Positions 1-7,902 of a DNA stretch of 23,909 nt are shown piece by piece (position 1 is the first letter of the stretch; each line of letters starts with the position of its first letter). The notes below the pieces were generated by a model. It made no database searches, was not told where the DNA came from, and was given only the letters and a program-made list of their open reading frames with translations. The position numbers were made by a program, and so were the translations under genes. Source of the stretch: Fidelibacterota bacterium. Its GTDB lineage: Bacteria; Fidelibacterota; Marinisomatia; Marinisomatales; TCS56. Where the stretch lies: positions 1 through 23,909 of the forward strand of contig JBDRBK010000002.1 of the NCBI GenBank assembly GCA_043822705.1, read 5' to 3'.

Positions 1-111
1 GCCATGGCCGAGGGCGGCTGGATCTGCGGCAAAGGTGGCCAGTCGGTGCCGGTTTCGCATGGCCTGCCGAGCGTCTTGGTTTCATCGATAACAGTCGGCG
101 GAAGGGGGTAA
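1..111 (+). CDS. tldD: TldD-family metalloprotease subunit, C-terminal fragment (gene begins before the window)
   Basis: Frame 1 reads AMAEGGWICGKGGQSVPVSHGLPSVLVSSITVGGRG*, matching the TldD C-terminal CGKxGQxVPV..G.P...ITVGG motif. TAA at 109-111 lies 3 nt before pmbA. Not in the ORF track. Confidence 0.9.
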   Translation, partial: AMAEGGWICGKGGQSVPVSHGLPSVLVSSITVGGRG

Positions 112-114
112 CTG

Positions 115-1428
115 ATGAATAAAATCGAATTAGCCCAATGGGTTCAGGACAATGCCCGCCAGCAGGGCGCCAGTGACAGCTCGGTTATCATCAGCAACAG
201 CCGCTCGATTGATATCGAATACCGCGATGGCAACATCGACAAACTGAAGGAGTCGACGGAACAATCGCTGGCGCTCGAACTGTTTGCCGATGGAAAATAT
301 TCCACCCACACCACCAATGATCTGCGTCAGCCGGCTCTGACGAAATTCATTGCCAATGCCCTGGCAATGACCCGCTTTCTGAGCGAAGATCCCTTCCAGG
401 CGTTGCCCGACCCCAAGCTGTACGAAGGCCGCCCGGAAGCCGACCTCGAACTTAATGACCGGAATTATCCGGCGGTGGAAACCAGACAGCGCGTCGATAT
501 CGCCCGGCAGATGTACGACCACATCCGCCACAAGGATGACCGCATCGTGTCGGTGACCTCCTATTTCAGCGATTCCCGCAATGAGAATGTGCATCTGAAA
601 TCCAACGGCTTTCTGGGTACCTATGAAAGCACCTGGTTCGGTGCCGGCGCCGAAGTGGCCCTGGATGACGGTAGCGGCAAGAAACCCCAGAGCTGGCAAT
701 ATCTGGTGGCCCGCCACCTGCAGGACCTGCCGGACTTCAACCAGATTGCCGCTGAAGCATTGCAGCGCACTCAGGATTCCGTCGGGCAGTCCAAAATCGC
801 CAGCGCCAGCATGCCGATGATCCTGCAGAACGACCAGGTCCGGGGACTGGTCGGCCGAATCTGGAGCGCCCTCACCGGTGGCAATATCCAGCAGAAAGAA
901 TCCTTTCTGGATGGCAAGCTGGGCAGTAAAATCGGTTCGAAACTGCTAACGATCGTGGATGACCCGACCGTCATTCGCGGCCTCGGCAGCCGCTATTACG
1001 ATGGCGACGGCATTGCCGCCAAGGTAATGCCGGTGATCGAACAGGGCGTTCTCAGTAACTACTATATCGATGTCTATTACGGCCGCAAACTGGGCCTGGC
1101 GCCGACGACCGGCGGATCCAGCAACGTTACTTTCACACCGGGAAGGCGCTCCGGCGCTGAAATCGAGCGCGATATTGACCGGGCGATCCTGGTGACCGGT
1201 TTCCTGGGCGGTAATACCAACGATACAACCGGCGATTACTCCCTGGGTGTTTCGGGCTGGCTGATCGAAAACGGCCGGCGCACCAAGCCGATCAATGAGA
1301 TGAACATTTCCGGGAATTTCACCGACCTGTTGAATCAACTGGTGGAAGTCGGCAACGATCCCTTCCAGTTTTCTTCCTGGCGCACTCCCACACTGGTATT
1401 CGATGGTATCAAGTTCGCCGGCCTGTAG
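115..1428 (+). CDS. pmbA: PmbA/TldE-family protein (TldDE protease partner subunit)
   Basis: 437 aa with PmbA motifs (SFLDGKLGSKIGS..LTIVDDP, GLGSRYYDGDG, G.NDTTGDYSLGVSGW.IENG...PINEMNISGN). Directly follows tldD. Confidence 0.92.
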   Translation: MNKIELAQWVQDNARQQGASDSSVIISNSRSIDIEYRDGNIDKLKESTEQSLALELFADGKYSTHTTNDLRQPALTKFIANALAMTRFLSEDPFQALPDPKLYEGRPEADLELNDRNYPAVETRQRVDIARQMYDHIRHKDDRIVSVTSYFSDSRNENVHLKSNGFLGTYESTWFGAGAEVALDDGSGKKPQSWQYLVARHLQDLPDFNQIAAEALQRTQDSVGQSKIASASMPMILQNDQVRGLVGRIWSALTGGNIQQKESFLDGKLGSKIGSKLLTIVDDPTVIRGLGSRYYDGDGIAAKVMPVIEQGVLSNYYIDVYYGRKLGLAPTTGGSSNVTFTPGRRSGAEIERDIDRAILVTGFLGGNTNDTTGDYSLGVSGWLIENGRRTKPINEMNISGNFTDLLNQLVEVGNDPFQFSSWRTPTLVFDGIKFAGL

Positions 1429-1449
1429 AGCGGTTTAAGATCGGATATA

Positions 1450-1483
1450 AAAAGGGGCCGTCACTGGCCCCTTTTCCATTTTT
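1450..1483 (+). terminator. Intrinsic terminator after tldD-pmbA
   Basis: Stem AAAAGGGGCC (1450-1459), loop GTCACT, GGCCCCTTTT (1466-1475), then CCATTTTT. Confidence 0.85.
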
Positions 1484-1544
1484 ATTGCCCGGCAACAAAA
1501 ATATATTGCACCCCAGCGATAAAAAACGGAAATTCCCCGCCGCT

Positions 1545-1628
1545 ATGAATGGTAGATATACCACGGCAATCCTTCTGACTGTCCGCAGTCACAACGTCTG
1601 GACCTGGTGGCCCGGCCGGGCCATATAA
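1545..1628 (+). CDS. trpL: Putative tryptophan leader (attenuator) peptide, 27 aa: MNGRYTTAILLTVRSHNVWTWWPGRAI
   Basis: ATG 1545 to TAA 1626-1628, with three TGG codons in four positions (W-T-W-W, 1599-1610). Ends 110 nt upstream of a tryptophan synthase beta gene. It has no clear SD, so the start is less certain. Confidence 0.72.
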   Translation: MNGRYTTAILLTVRSHNVWTWWPGRAI

Positions 1629-1728
1629 TTTTTTCTGCGCCTGCGGGCGCCCTACAATCAAGCTCGATCCCATAAAATAAAATACCCGGGGTGTAGTCCA
1701 TATTCGACCGCCCCAGATTACAGAAGGA
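1570..1728 (+). promoter_or_regulatory. Candidate structured leader RNA (translational attenuator) of trpB2
   Basis: TCCTTCTG (1570-1577) is the exact reverse complement of CAGAAGGA (1721-1728, the trpB2 SD). GTCTGG (1596-1601) can pair with CCAGAT (1713-1718). A competing hairpin spans 1688-1714, with further hairpins at 1577-1590, 1608-1623 and 1637-1650. Confidence 0.5.
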
Positions 1729-1738
1729 CGTTATTACA

Positions 1739-3109
1739 ATGAAGCAGACTAAGATTTATCTGAACGAAAATGAAATGCCCCGCAGCTGGTATAATATTGC
1801 AGCCGATATGCCCAACCAGCCGCCACCGACCCTCCACCCTGGCACCAGACAGCCGATCGGGCCCGACGATCTGGCGCCGCTCTTCCCCATGGGCCTGATC
1901 CTGCAGGAAGTCAGCCAGGAACGTTACATTCCGATTCCCGAACCGGTCCTGGAAGCACTGACGCTCTGGAGGCCGGCCCCCCTGATCCGGGCTCACCAAC
2001 TGGAAAAACTGCTCGGTACACCGGCAAAAATCTACTACAAATATGAAGGCGTCAGTCCCACCGGCAGCCATAAACCCAACACCGCCGTGGCCCAGGCCTA
2101 TTACAATCAGCAGGAAGGCGTCAAACGTCTGGCCACCGAAACCGGCGCCGGACAGTGGGGCAGTTCACTGGCCTTCGCCGGCAACCTCTTCGGAATCGAA
2201 GTCAAGGTCTATATGGTGCGGATCAGCTTCGACCAGAAGCCCTACCGTAAGGCGATGATGGAAACCTTCGGTGCATCGATCGTGGCCAGCCCCAGTCCCG
2301 ACACCAACGCCGGCCGCCGGATACTGGCGGAGATGCCCGACACACCCGGCAGTCTTGGCATCGCCATTTCGGAGGCAGTGGAAGACGCCGCCAGCCGGGA
2401 AGATACCAAATACTCGCTGGGATCGGTGCTCAATCATGTTCTGCTGCACCAGACGATCATCGGCGAAGAAGCCATCAAGCAGATGAAAATCGCCGGTGAC
2501 TATCCCGATGTTATTATCGGTTGCGTCGGCGGCGGGTCTAATTTCTCGGGACTGGCCTTCCCATTCATCAGGGATAAAATCAACGGCCGGGACATCGACT
2601 TCATCGCCACCGAACCGGCATCCTGCCCGACGCTGACCAAAGGCGAATATCGTTACGATTTCGGTGATACCGCCCAATTGACGCCGCTGAGTCCGATGTA
2701 CACCCTGGGGCATAATTTCATTCCCGAGGCGATTCATGCCGGGGGACTGCGCTACCACGGCGATGCCCCACTGCTCTGCCAACTGGTGAAGGACGGACTG
2801 ATTCGGGCTGAGGCCTATCAGCAATTAGCGGTCTTTGGTTCGGCAATTAAATTCGCCCGCAGTGAAGGGATCATTCCCGCACCCGAATCGGGACACGCCA
2901 TCCACGGTGCGATCCTGCAGGCCCTGCAGGCCAAGGAAGAGGGCAAGGAAAAAACGATCCTGTTCAGTCTCTCGGGGCACGGCTATTTCGATATGACCGC
3001 CTACACCAATTACCTGGCCGGCAACCTGGCCGACCACGCCTTGGCGGAGGCGGATATCAAGGCCAGCCTGGCAAAGTTAGAAGGATTACCACTCAGCTAT
3101 TCCGGTTAA
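1739..3109 (+). CDS. trpB2: Tryptophan synthase beta subunit, type 2 (TrpB2, TrpB-like PLP enzyme)
   Basis: Motifs: PLP lysine [68 protein letters not shown]. The N-terminal 'EMPRSWYNI' is typical of TrpB2. No trpA nearby. Confidence 0.95.
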   Translation: MKQTKIYLNENEMPRSWYNIAADMPNQPPPTLHPGTRQPIGPDDLAPLFPMGLILQEVSQERYIPIPEPVLEALTLWRPAPLIRAHQLEKLLGTPAKIYYKYEGVSPTGSHKPNTAVAQAYYNQQEGVKRLATETGAGQWGSSLAFAGNLFGIEVKVYMVRISFDQKPYRKAMMETFGASIVASPSPDTNAGRRILAEMPDTPGSLGIAISEAVEDAASREDTKYSLGSVLNHVLLHQTIIGEEAIKQMKIAGDYPDVIIGCVGGGSNFSGLAFPFIRDKINGRDIDFIATEPASCPTLTKGEYRYDFGDTAQLTPLSPMYTLGHNFIPEAIHAGGLRYHGDAPLLCQLVKDGLIRAEAYQQLAVFGSAIKFARSEGIIPAPESGHAIHGAILQALQAKEEGKEKTILFSLSGHGYFDMTAYTNYLAGNLADHALAEADIKASLAKLEGLPLSYSG

Positions 3110-3110
3110 C

Positions 3111-3149
3111 AAAAAAGGGGAGTTCAACCTGAACTCCCCTTTTCTTTTT
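3111..3149. terminator. Bidirectional intrinsic terminator between trpB2 and the convergent lipoprotein gene
   Basis: AAAAGGGGAGTTCA (3113-3126), loop ACC, TGAACTCCCCTTTT (3130-3143). A-run on the left and T-run on the right. Confidence 0.92.
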
Positions 3150-3164
3150 ATTTTTTCCGGTCAG

Positions 3165-3977
3165 TTATTCAAGGATGAAATCATAACCGGTCAGTTCAGC
3201 GCCGGCCGTCAGGCTGACTGCCTGATAAACAGTGTCCGTCGTCATTTCATAACCGGCAGCGGAAATATTGTAGGTTCCGTCCAGCAGGATGAATTTGTAG
3301 CCGCCATCTTCATCGGTCAGAGTGGCGATGGTGTCGGCGTCAGCCACGGCATAAACGGCAATGTCCGGCAATCCCGCCCCGGCCGTATCGGCTACGCTAC
3401 CGGCGATCGTACCCGACAGCACACTCTTGAATAACCGGAATGTCGGTTGCAGGGTATAGCGATTCTGGCTGGGATGTTTGTTAATCGACCGTTCGGCATC
3501 GAAATCAAGGTAGAACTCGACGACTTCATCGGCATTGATTTCGAAGGCGTGAGTCAATTTCACCCCGGACTGGCTGCCACTGGGTACTTTCAATTCGTAG
3601 GCGTTGCCGTCCACGACAATACTGGAACTGTCACCCAGAAGCAAACGAATCTGGGTATAGTGGCCGAGCTCCAGATCGGACTGGATCAGGGTCGCCATCC
3701 GACCGTTGACCAACTCGAGGAAATCGATTGTGGTGTCGGTCTCGCTGAGGACGATCCACTGGGCGGTGGTATCGCTGGCATTGGTGCTGTCTGACACGCT
3801 TTTATGCACGCTGACTTCGATAACATTCAGGTAGATATGTTCCACATCGCCCTGAAACGGCGCGTCGAAAGCCTGGATGGCAATCTGACCGATCCCGGTC
3901 GTTTCATCGGACTCAGTTTCACAGCCGATAAACACCATCAGTGACAAGGCCAATAATAACAATAAATATTTGCGCAT
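3165..3977 (-). CDS. DUF4382-domain lipoprotein with a C-terminal carboxypeptidase-regulatory-like (beta-sandwich) domain
   Basis: Lipobox MRKYLLLLLALSLMVFIG-C. DUF4382-like motifs DAP, IDFLEL.NG, G.YTQIRL.LG, LKVPSGSQSG.KL, LDFDAERSI. C-terminal G.I.G.V....TDEDGGY.F..L..GTY. SD AAGGGG upstream. Confidence 0.8.
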   Translation of the reverse strand: MRKYLLLLLALSLMVFIGCETESDETTGIGQIAIQAFDAPFQGDVEHIYLNVIEVSVHKSVSDSTNASDTTAQWIVLSETDTTIDFLELVNGRMATLIQSDLELGHYTQIRLLLGDSSSIVVDGNAYELKVPSGSQSGVKLTHAFEINADEVVEFYLDFDAERSINKHPSQNRYTLQPTFRLFKSVLSGTIAGSVADTAGAGLPDIAVYAVADADTIATLTDEDGGYKFILLDGTYNISAAGYEMTTDTVYQAVSLTAGAELTGYDFILE

Positions 3978-4100
3978 AGTTGCCCCCTTATCTTTATTGG
4001 GATTTTATTTACAGTCGATTTTAACAATAATCGACCAGTCTGGCTGTGAAACAGGGCACAATCGCAAAAACAACAAACGGTGGCGATTTTCTTCGATGTG

Positions 4101-7031
4101 CTATTCCAGACCAATCGACAGCAGTACCGTCCGGGGTGCGCCCGGCAGCACGCCGCGGTCATCGCCACGCTGCCACCAGTCGTTATCCAGCAGGTTATTG
4201 ACCTGGAGCGATAAGGCCAGGCAGCGCTGGCCGAATTTCAGGTGGTGCTGCAGATACAGGTCAATCAGCGCAACCGCCGGCAGGGTGGCGGAATATTTAT
4301 CATCGTCCGTACCGAAGATATCATCCCGGCCGGCGCCGATCAGGATTACCGAATTATCCTCCATGACATATATATCCCGCAGATAGCGTACCCCCAATCC
4401 GGCCGCGGTATTTGGCCACTCCTTCCGCAGTCGACAATTTACCATCAGTCCCGGCATGCCAACGTCGTAGCGGTTGCCGTATTTTTCGACGAAATTAGAA
4501 TGCAAAGCCGCTTCGCTGATGCCTTCGTCCCACTGACCATCGCCATCCAGGTCGTCATAATCGACACCGGGTACGGCCAGATTGCCGTACAATTTCTGGG
4601 CGCCTTCGGAATAATCCGGTTCACCCCAGGTATTATCCGATACGGTAGCGGCCAGTGTCAGCCGCCAGCCATCAGCCCACCCCAAACCGGCGGCGGCTTC
4701 AATTCCCTGATAGCGGGCATCGCCCACCGGCACGTAGATATTACCGGCAAAATCGTAGCCAGGCTGGTTGGCTTTTTCCGGAATGGTGATTTCCATCAGC
4801 TTGCCGCCGAAAATGATCAGGTAGGCCGTCAATTCAAGGTTCCAATCGATCGCTCCCGCCGACTCCCGCCAGCGCAGGCCCAACTCCCCGTCAGTGGTCT
4901 GTTCCAGATCGATATCTTCCCGCGGCGCGCCGAAACCGAAGAAGTGGCGAATCTCCGGTTCCTTCACGCCCCGGCTCAAATTGGCATACAGATTCAGGCC
5001 GCCGGTGGTATAGCTGATGCCGACCCGCGGCGTCAGATAACTGAAAGACCTGTCGTAATCCCACAGATTGTAGCGGGCCAGGATTTCGGCAGTGGTGGAA
5101 TCATTATCGTGGTCGATCGTGCCGCTGTGACTCCAGATTCGATCACCGTGTGAAGCCGCCTCCGGATCGATCGGATAGGGGTAATTCTTGTTACTGGGCA
5201 CATTTTCGACTACGCCGAAGCGCATGGCGGTGTACTGCAGGTTAGTCATAACTTGAAACGGTCCCACCAGCCACAGGCCATGCCCGAACAGGGTCAGCTG
5301 CGGTTTGGTGGTGGTAAAATCATAGAACAGATCGCCGGCAGTCATGTTATGATTGATGCTGGCCACCGGAACCGGCACCGTTTCCTTACCGAATGTTTCG
5401 AACACCATTCCACCGTGACGGGCCCGCCAGAAGCGCGATTCGAAGCCCAGGGAAACTTCATGCCGTCCCAGCGATTTTTCCAGGGCCGACAACAATCCGA
5501 CCTGGGTAAAAGTGTGGACATCGCGGTATTCGAAAACCTGGTCGCCGCCAAAGAAAGTACCATCCTCGATCACGGTCAGACTGATATTTCCGGTACTGTC
5601 CCGGGGAATGTACCAGTCCGGGTAAACATAATCCTGCCAGTCGACACCAATCGTGGCGAAGGCGCTGCTGGTCAATTTAGTGCCCGGTTTAATGCGCCAG
5701 CCGTGATGCAATTCCAGTTGCGGACGGTGGGAATAATGACTGTTCATGCTGGCCCGGTCAGCGGTAATCAGCCAGCCGCCGGCCTGGTCCGCCGGTGCTT
5801 TGTCCAAAGACGCGTTCATGAAAAATACATCGGCCAGCGATACGGCTCGGTTGCACTGCGCGATGGTTAACTCCGTCTCGGGCACATTGATATTGCTGTT
5901 GTAAGTGCGGCCGAAGCCATATGCATATTGATAATAACTATTCCGCTGCCCGCTGCCGCCAGCAATCGAGCTGCCGGAGTTGAACTGATCGGCGTCGGCG
6001 AAAGCGGCTACACTGGCGGTGGAACGGCCCAGCGCCCGCAGCATCGGCGAACCGTGCAGGATCAGTTTCAAAGTGTGATTCGCCGACGGCAGAATCCGGG
6101 CCGACAGATAATATTGAAAACCACGGAAACCGGTGTTATCGCGCCAGCCCTGTCCTTCGAGATAATGGAGGTTGGCCGTAAAAGCCAGTTTGCGCTCGGT
6201 GATGCCGGACTGATAATCCACCCCGATCCGGCGCAAACCATATTGGCCGACTCCGAGATTAGCAATCAAGCTACCGTCGGCCGGCGAGTCTTTGGTAATG
6301 ATATTCACCAGTCCGCCCAGGGCGCCGGAACCGTACAGGGAAGCGCCGACGCCACGCTGAACCTGCACCGCCTGGATCGAACCGGCCAACATGCCCCAAT
6401 AGGCCCAGTTGACTTCCTTGGTCTCGGGGTCATTGATGGGAATATTGTTCACCAGAATCTGGAGTCGTTTCTCGTCGAAACCGCGGATCCTCAGGCGTGA
6501 ATCGCCCAACCCCAGACCGCCATCGGTCATGGTGTAGACACCGGGGATGGCATTCAGTAGCTGGGGAATGTCACCGTGCCGTTCGGTGGCCGCCAGCGCC
6601 GTTTCATTCAAGGTTGAAAAAGTGACCGGCGCATTAGCGCTGGTGGCGACGGTTCCGGTTACCGTCACATCCGACAACTGGATCACGGTCGCTTCCAGGC
6701 GCAGTTCCAGCCGCTCGACGCCGCTGATTTGGATTCGCCGCACGACCGGCCGATAACCAATCCGCGAAAACTCAAACAGATATTTGCCATCGGGAATATC
6801 AGTGATGAGAAAACCGCCCGTTTCGTCGGTGGCGGTCCCATAGGCGCCGCTGGCCGTCCAGATATTTACGCCGCTCAACGGCTTGTTACCGCTGTCGGTT
6901 ATGGTACCGCTGATCTGACCGGCGTCGGCCGGCAGAACGGCTAACAGGAAGATTATCAGGATTGTGGTTTGGATATAGTGAAGATGATGCCTGCGCCAGG
7001 CAAGTTCCCCGCTGCAATGTCTCCGGCACAT
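4101..7031 (-). CDS. TonB-dependent receptor with an N-terminal carboxypeptidase-like domain
   Basis: Signal peptide ..ILIIFLLAVLPADA, CarbopepD_reg-like domain (ISGTITD..GTATDETGGF), plug (IPGVY..G.GDSRLRIRGFD...ILVNNIPINDPE, QVQRGVGASLYGSGALGG.VNIIT) and barrel end (VNNLLD...PGAPRT). The exact start codon is uncertain. Confidence 0.9.
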   Translation of the reverse strand: MCRRHCSGELAWRRHHLHYIQTTILIIFLLAVLPADAGQISGTITDSGNKPLSGVNIWTASGAYGTATDETGGFLITDIPDGKYLFEFSRIGYRPVVRRIQISGVERLELRLEATVIQLSDVTVTGTVATSANAPVTFSTLNETALAATERHGDIPQLLNAIPGVYTMTDGGLGLGDSRLRIRGFDEKRLQILVNNIPINDPETKEVNWAYWGMLAGSIQAVQVQRGVGASLYGSGALGGLVNIITKDSPADGSLIANLGVGQYGLRRIGVDYQSGITERKLAFTANLHYLEGQGWRDNTGFRGFQYYLSARILPSANHTLKLILHGSPMLRALGRSTASVAAFADADQFNSGSSIAGGSGQRNSYYQYAYGFGRTYNSNINVPETELTIAQCNRAVSLADVFFMNASLDKAPADQAGGWLITADRASMNSHYSHRPQLELHHGWRIKPGTKLTSSAFATIGVDWQDYVYPDWYIPRDSTGNISLTVIEDGTFFGGDQVFEYRDVHTFTQVGLLSALEKSLGRHEVSLGFESRFWRARHGGMVFETFGKETVPVPVASINHNMTAGDLFYDFTTTKPQLTLFGHGLWLVGPFQVMTNLQYTAMRFGVVENVPSNKNYPYPIDPEAASHGDRIWSHSGTIDHDNDSTTAEILARYNLWDYDRSFSYLTPRVGISYTTGGLNLYANLSRGVKEPEIRHFFGFGAPREDIDLEQTTDGELGLRWRESAGAIDWNLELTAYLIIFGGKLMEITIPEKANQPGYDFAGNIYVPVGDARYQGIEAAAGLGWADGWRLTLAATVSDNTWGEPDYSEGAQKLYGNLAVPGVDYDDLDGDGQWDEGISEAALHSNFVEKYGNRYDVGMPGLMVNCRLRKEWPNTAAGLGVRYLRDIYVMEDNSVILIGAGRDDIFGTDDDKYSATLPAVALIDLYLQHHLKFGQRCLALSLQVNNLLDNDWWQRGDDRGVLPGAPRTVLLSIGLE

Positions 7032-7183
7032 GGTTAGTGCTGCTCACTTTCTGCCCTTCCGGGTCGGAAAACTGGCTAATCCAGTATTATATAAGGCAGT
7101 AAAATTACGGCCGATTAATGCAACCAATAACACTCGTTTTTAAAAAATATCCTGCCTTTGATTTTCCTCCTGACGCCGACACG

Positions 7184-7243
7184 TGCAAATTATAAACACC
7201 AAATTGCAATATATATTTGACATTCTGGATTATATATATTACA
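7184..7243. promoter_or_regulatory. Three phased 18-bp pseudo-palindromic operator-like sites
   Basis: TGCAAATTATAAACACCA (7184-7201), TGCAATATATATTTGACA (7205-7222) and TGGATTATATATATTACA (7226-7243). All are TG-N14-CA with a 21-bp period, and they overlap the -35 and -10. Confidence 0.6.
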
Positions 7244-7245
7244 TT
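7217..7245 (+). promoter_or_regulatory. Sigma70-type promoter of the XRE/ABC operon
   Basis: TTGACA (7217-7222), 17 nt, TACATT (7240-7245), 17 nt upstream of ATG 7263. Confidence 0.75.
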
Positions 7246-7262
7246 CTGTCTGGAAATTGACC

Positions 7263-7463
7263 ATGAATACCAAATTAAAACTGGCCCGCGTTGAAAAGAA
7301 TCTGTCCCAGCAGGACCTGGCCGACCAAGTCAATGCCAGCCGTCAGACCATCGGCCTGATCGAAAACGGCCGGTATAATCCGAGTCTTGCACTCTGCCTC
7401 AAAATCGCCCACGCACTGGACAAAACTCTGGACCAGCTATTCTGGGAGCACCAAGATGATTAA
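7263..7463 (+). CDS. XRE-family helix-turn-helix transcriptional regulator (66 aa)
   Basis: LKLARVEKNLSQQDLADQVNASRQTIGLIENGRYNPSLALCLKIAHAL...LF is a classic HTH_3. ATG 7263 is preferred over TTG 7257. Confidence 0.92.
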   Translation: MNTKLKLARVEKNLSQQDLADQVNASRQTIGLIENGRYNPSLALCLKIAHALDKTLDQLFWEHQDD

Positions 7464-7887
7464 ACCACCCTTTCCAATTGATGAACGAACCCGGATAATC
7501 ATTATGCGGGTTTGCACCATAATGTACGTATTAACGATTACCGCACTACTGGTCGATCTGCTTTTGAGACAGATGGTGTTGCACCAGTCTTCAGATCAAT
7601 TCAACGACATTGCAATGATTTTTACATTTAATGTGATAATACTGATTGGTGCGGTTCTATTTTCCGGAGGAGTGCCCTTTCTAAAGATTCGCCCTAAAAT
7701 TGTTTTCTTTTTGTTTATCGTACTGATAGTAACCGGAACAATCTTTACGGTTTTCAAATACCGGCTGACTGATCCGGTTCTGATCTTCAATAAATTTGGA
7801 ATTATAACAGCAATTTCCGGTATCTTTTTTCTGATTTGGGTGCTGGCAGCCTATTTCGGGAAACGCAGAATCGACAAAAATTTATAA
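7456..7887 (+). CDS. Small four-TM membrane protein (DUF6773-like)
   Basis: ATG 7456 has a GGAG SD at 7445-7448 and overlaps the HTH gene end. N-terminal DER motif followed by four hydrophobic segments; a typical partner of small XRE regulators. Confidence 0.7.
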   Translation: MIKPPFPIDERTRIIIMRVCTIMYVLTITALLVDLLLRQMVLHQSSDQFNDIAMIFTFNVIILIGAVLFSGGVPFLKIRPKIVFFLFIVLIVTGTIFTVFKYRLTDPVLIFNKFGIITAISGIFFLIWVLAAYFGKRRIDKNL

Positions 7888-7902
7888 ACCAGTGGAACAC
7901 CA

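Noticed and set aside
1..1428. TldD/PmbA as part of a RiPP (microcin-type) cluster with the ABC exporter
   Set aside because: No precursor or modification enzymes are visible, the exporter is 6 kb away in a separate operon, and TldDE is commonly housekeeping.
1482..1673. 63-aa minus-strand ORF in the pmbA-trpB2 gap
   Set aside because: It has no motif, and the plus-strand Trp-rich leader explains the region better.
1570..1728. Possible 6S RNA or T-box in the trpB2 leader
   Set aside because: End-to-end complementarity is short and there is no long rod with a central bubble. There is no T-box consensus (AGGGTGGNACCGCG) or terminator.
130..3037. Antisense or alternate-frame ORFs over pmbA and trpB2 (130-717, 946-1338, 1718-2071, 2165-2824 and others)
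   Set aside because: They are shadows of well-supported genes in GC-rich sequence and have no recognisable motifs.
3938..6944. ORFs 3938-4168, 3970-4386, 4242-5153, 5253-5870, 5928-6500 and similar
   Set aside because: They overlap or are antisense to the TBDR and lipoprotein genes, with no independent coding evidence.
6960..7140. TPP or cobalamin riboswitch upstream of the first TBDR
   Set aside because: No TPP core (CTGAGA...ACCTGA) or B12-box is recognisable on the minus strand. An Infernal search would settle it.
7387..7455. N-terminal extension of the membrane protein from TTG 7387
   Set aside because: It overlaps the HTH gene extensively, and ATG 7456 has a GGAG SD.
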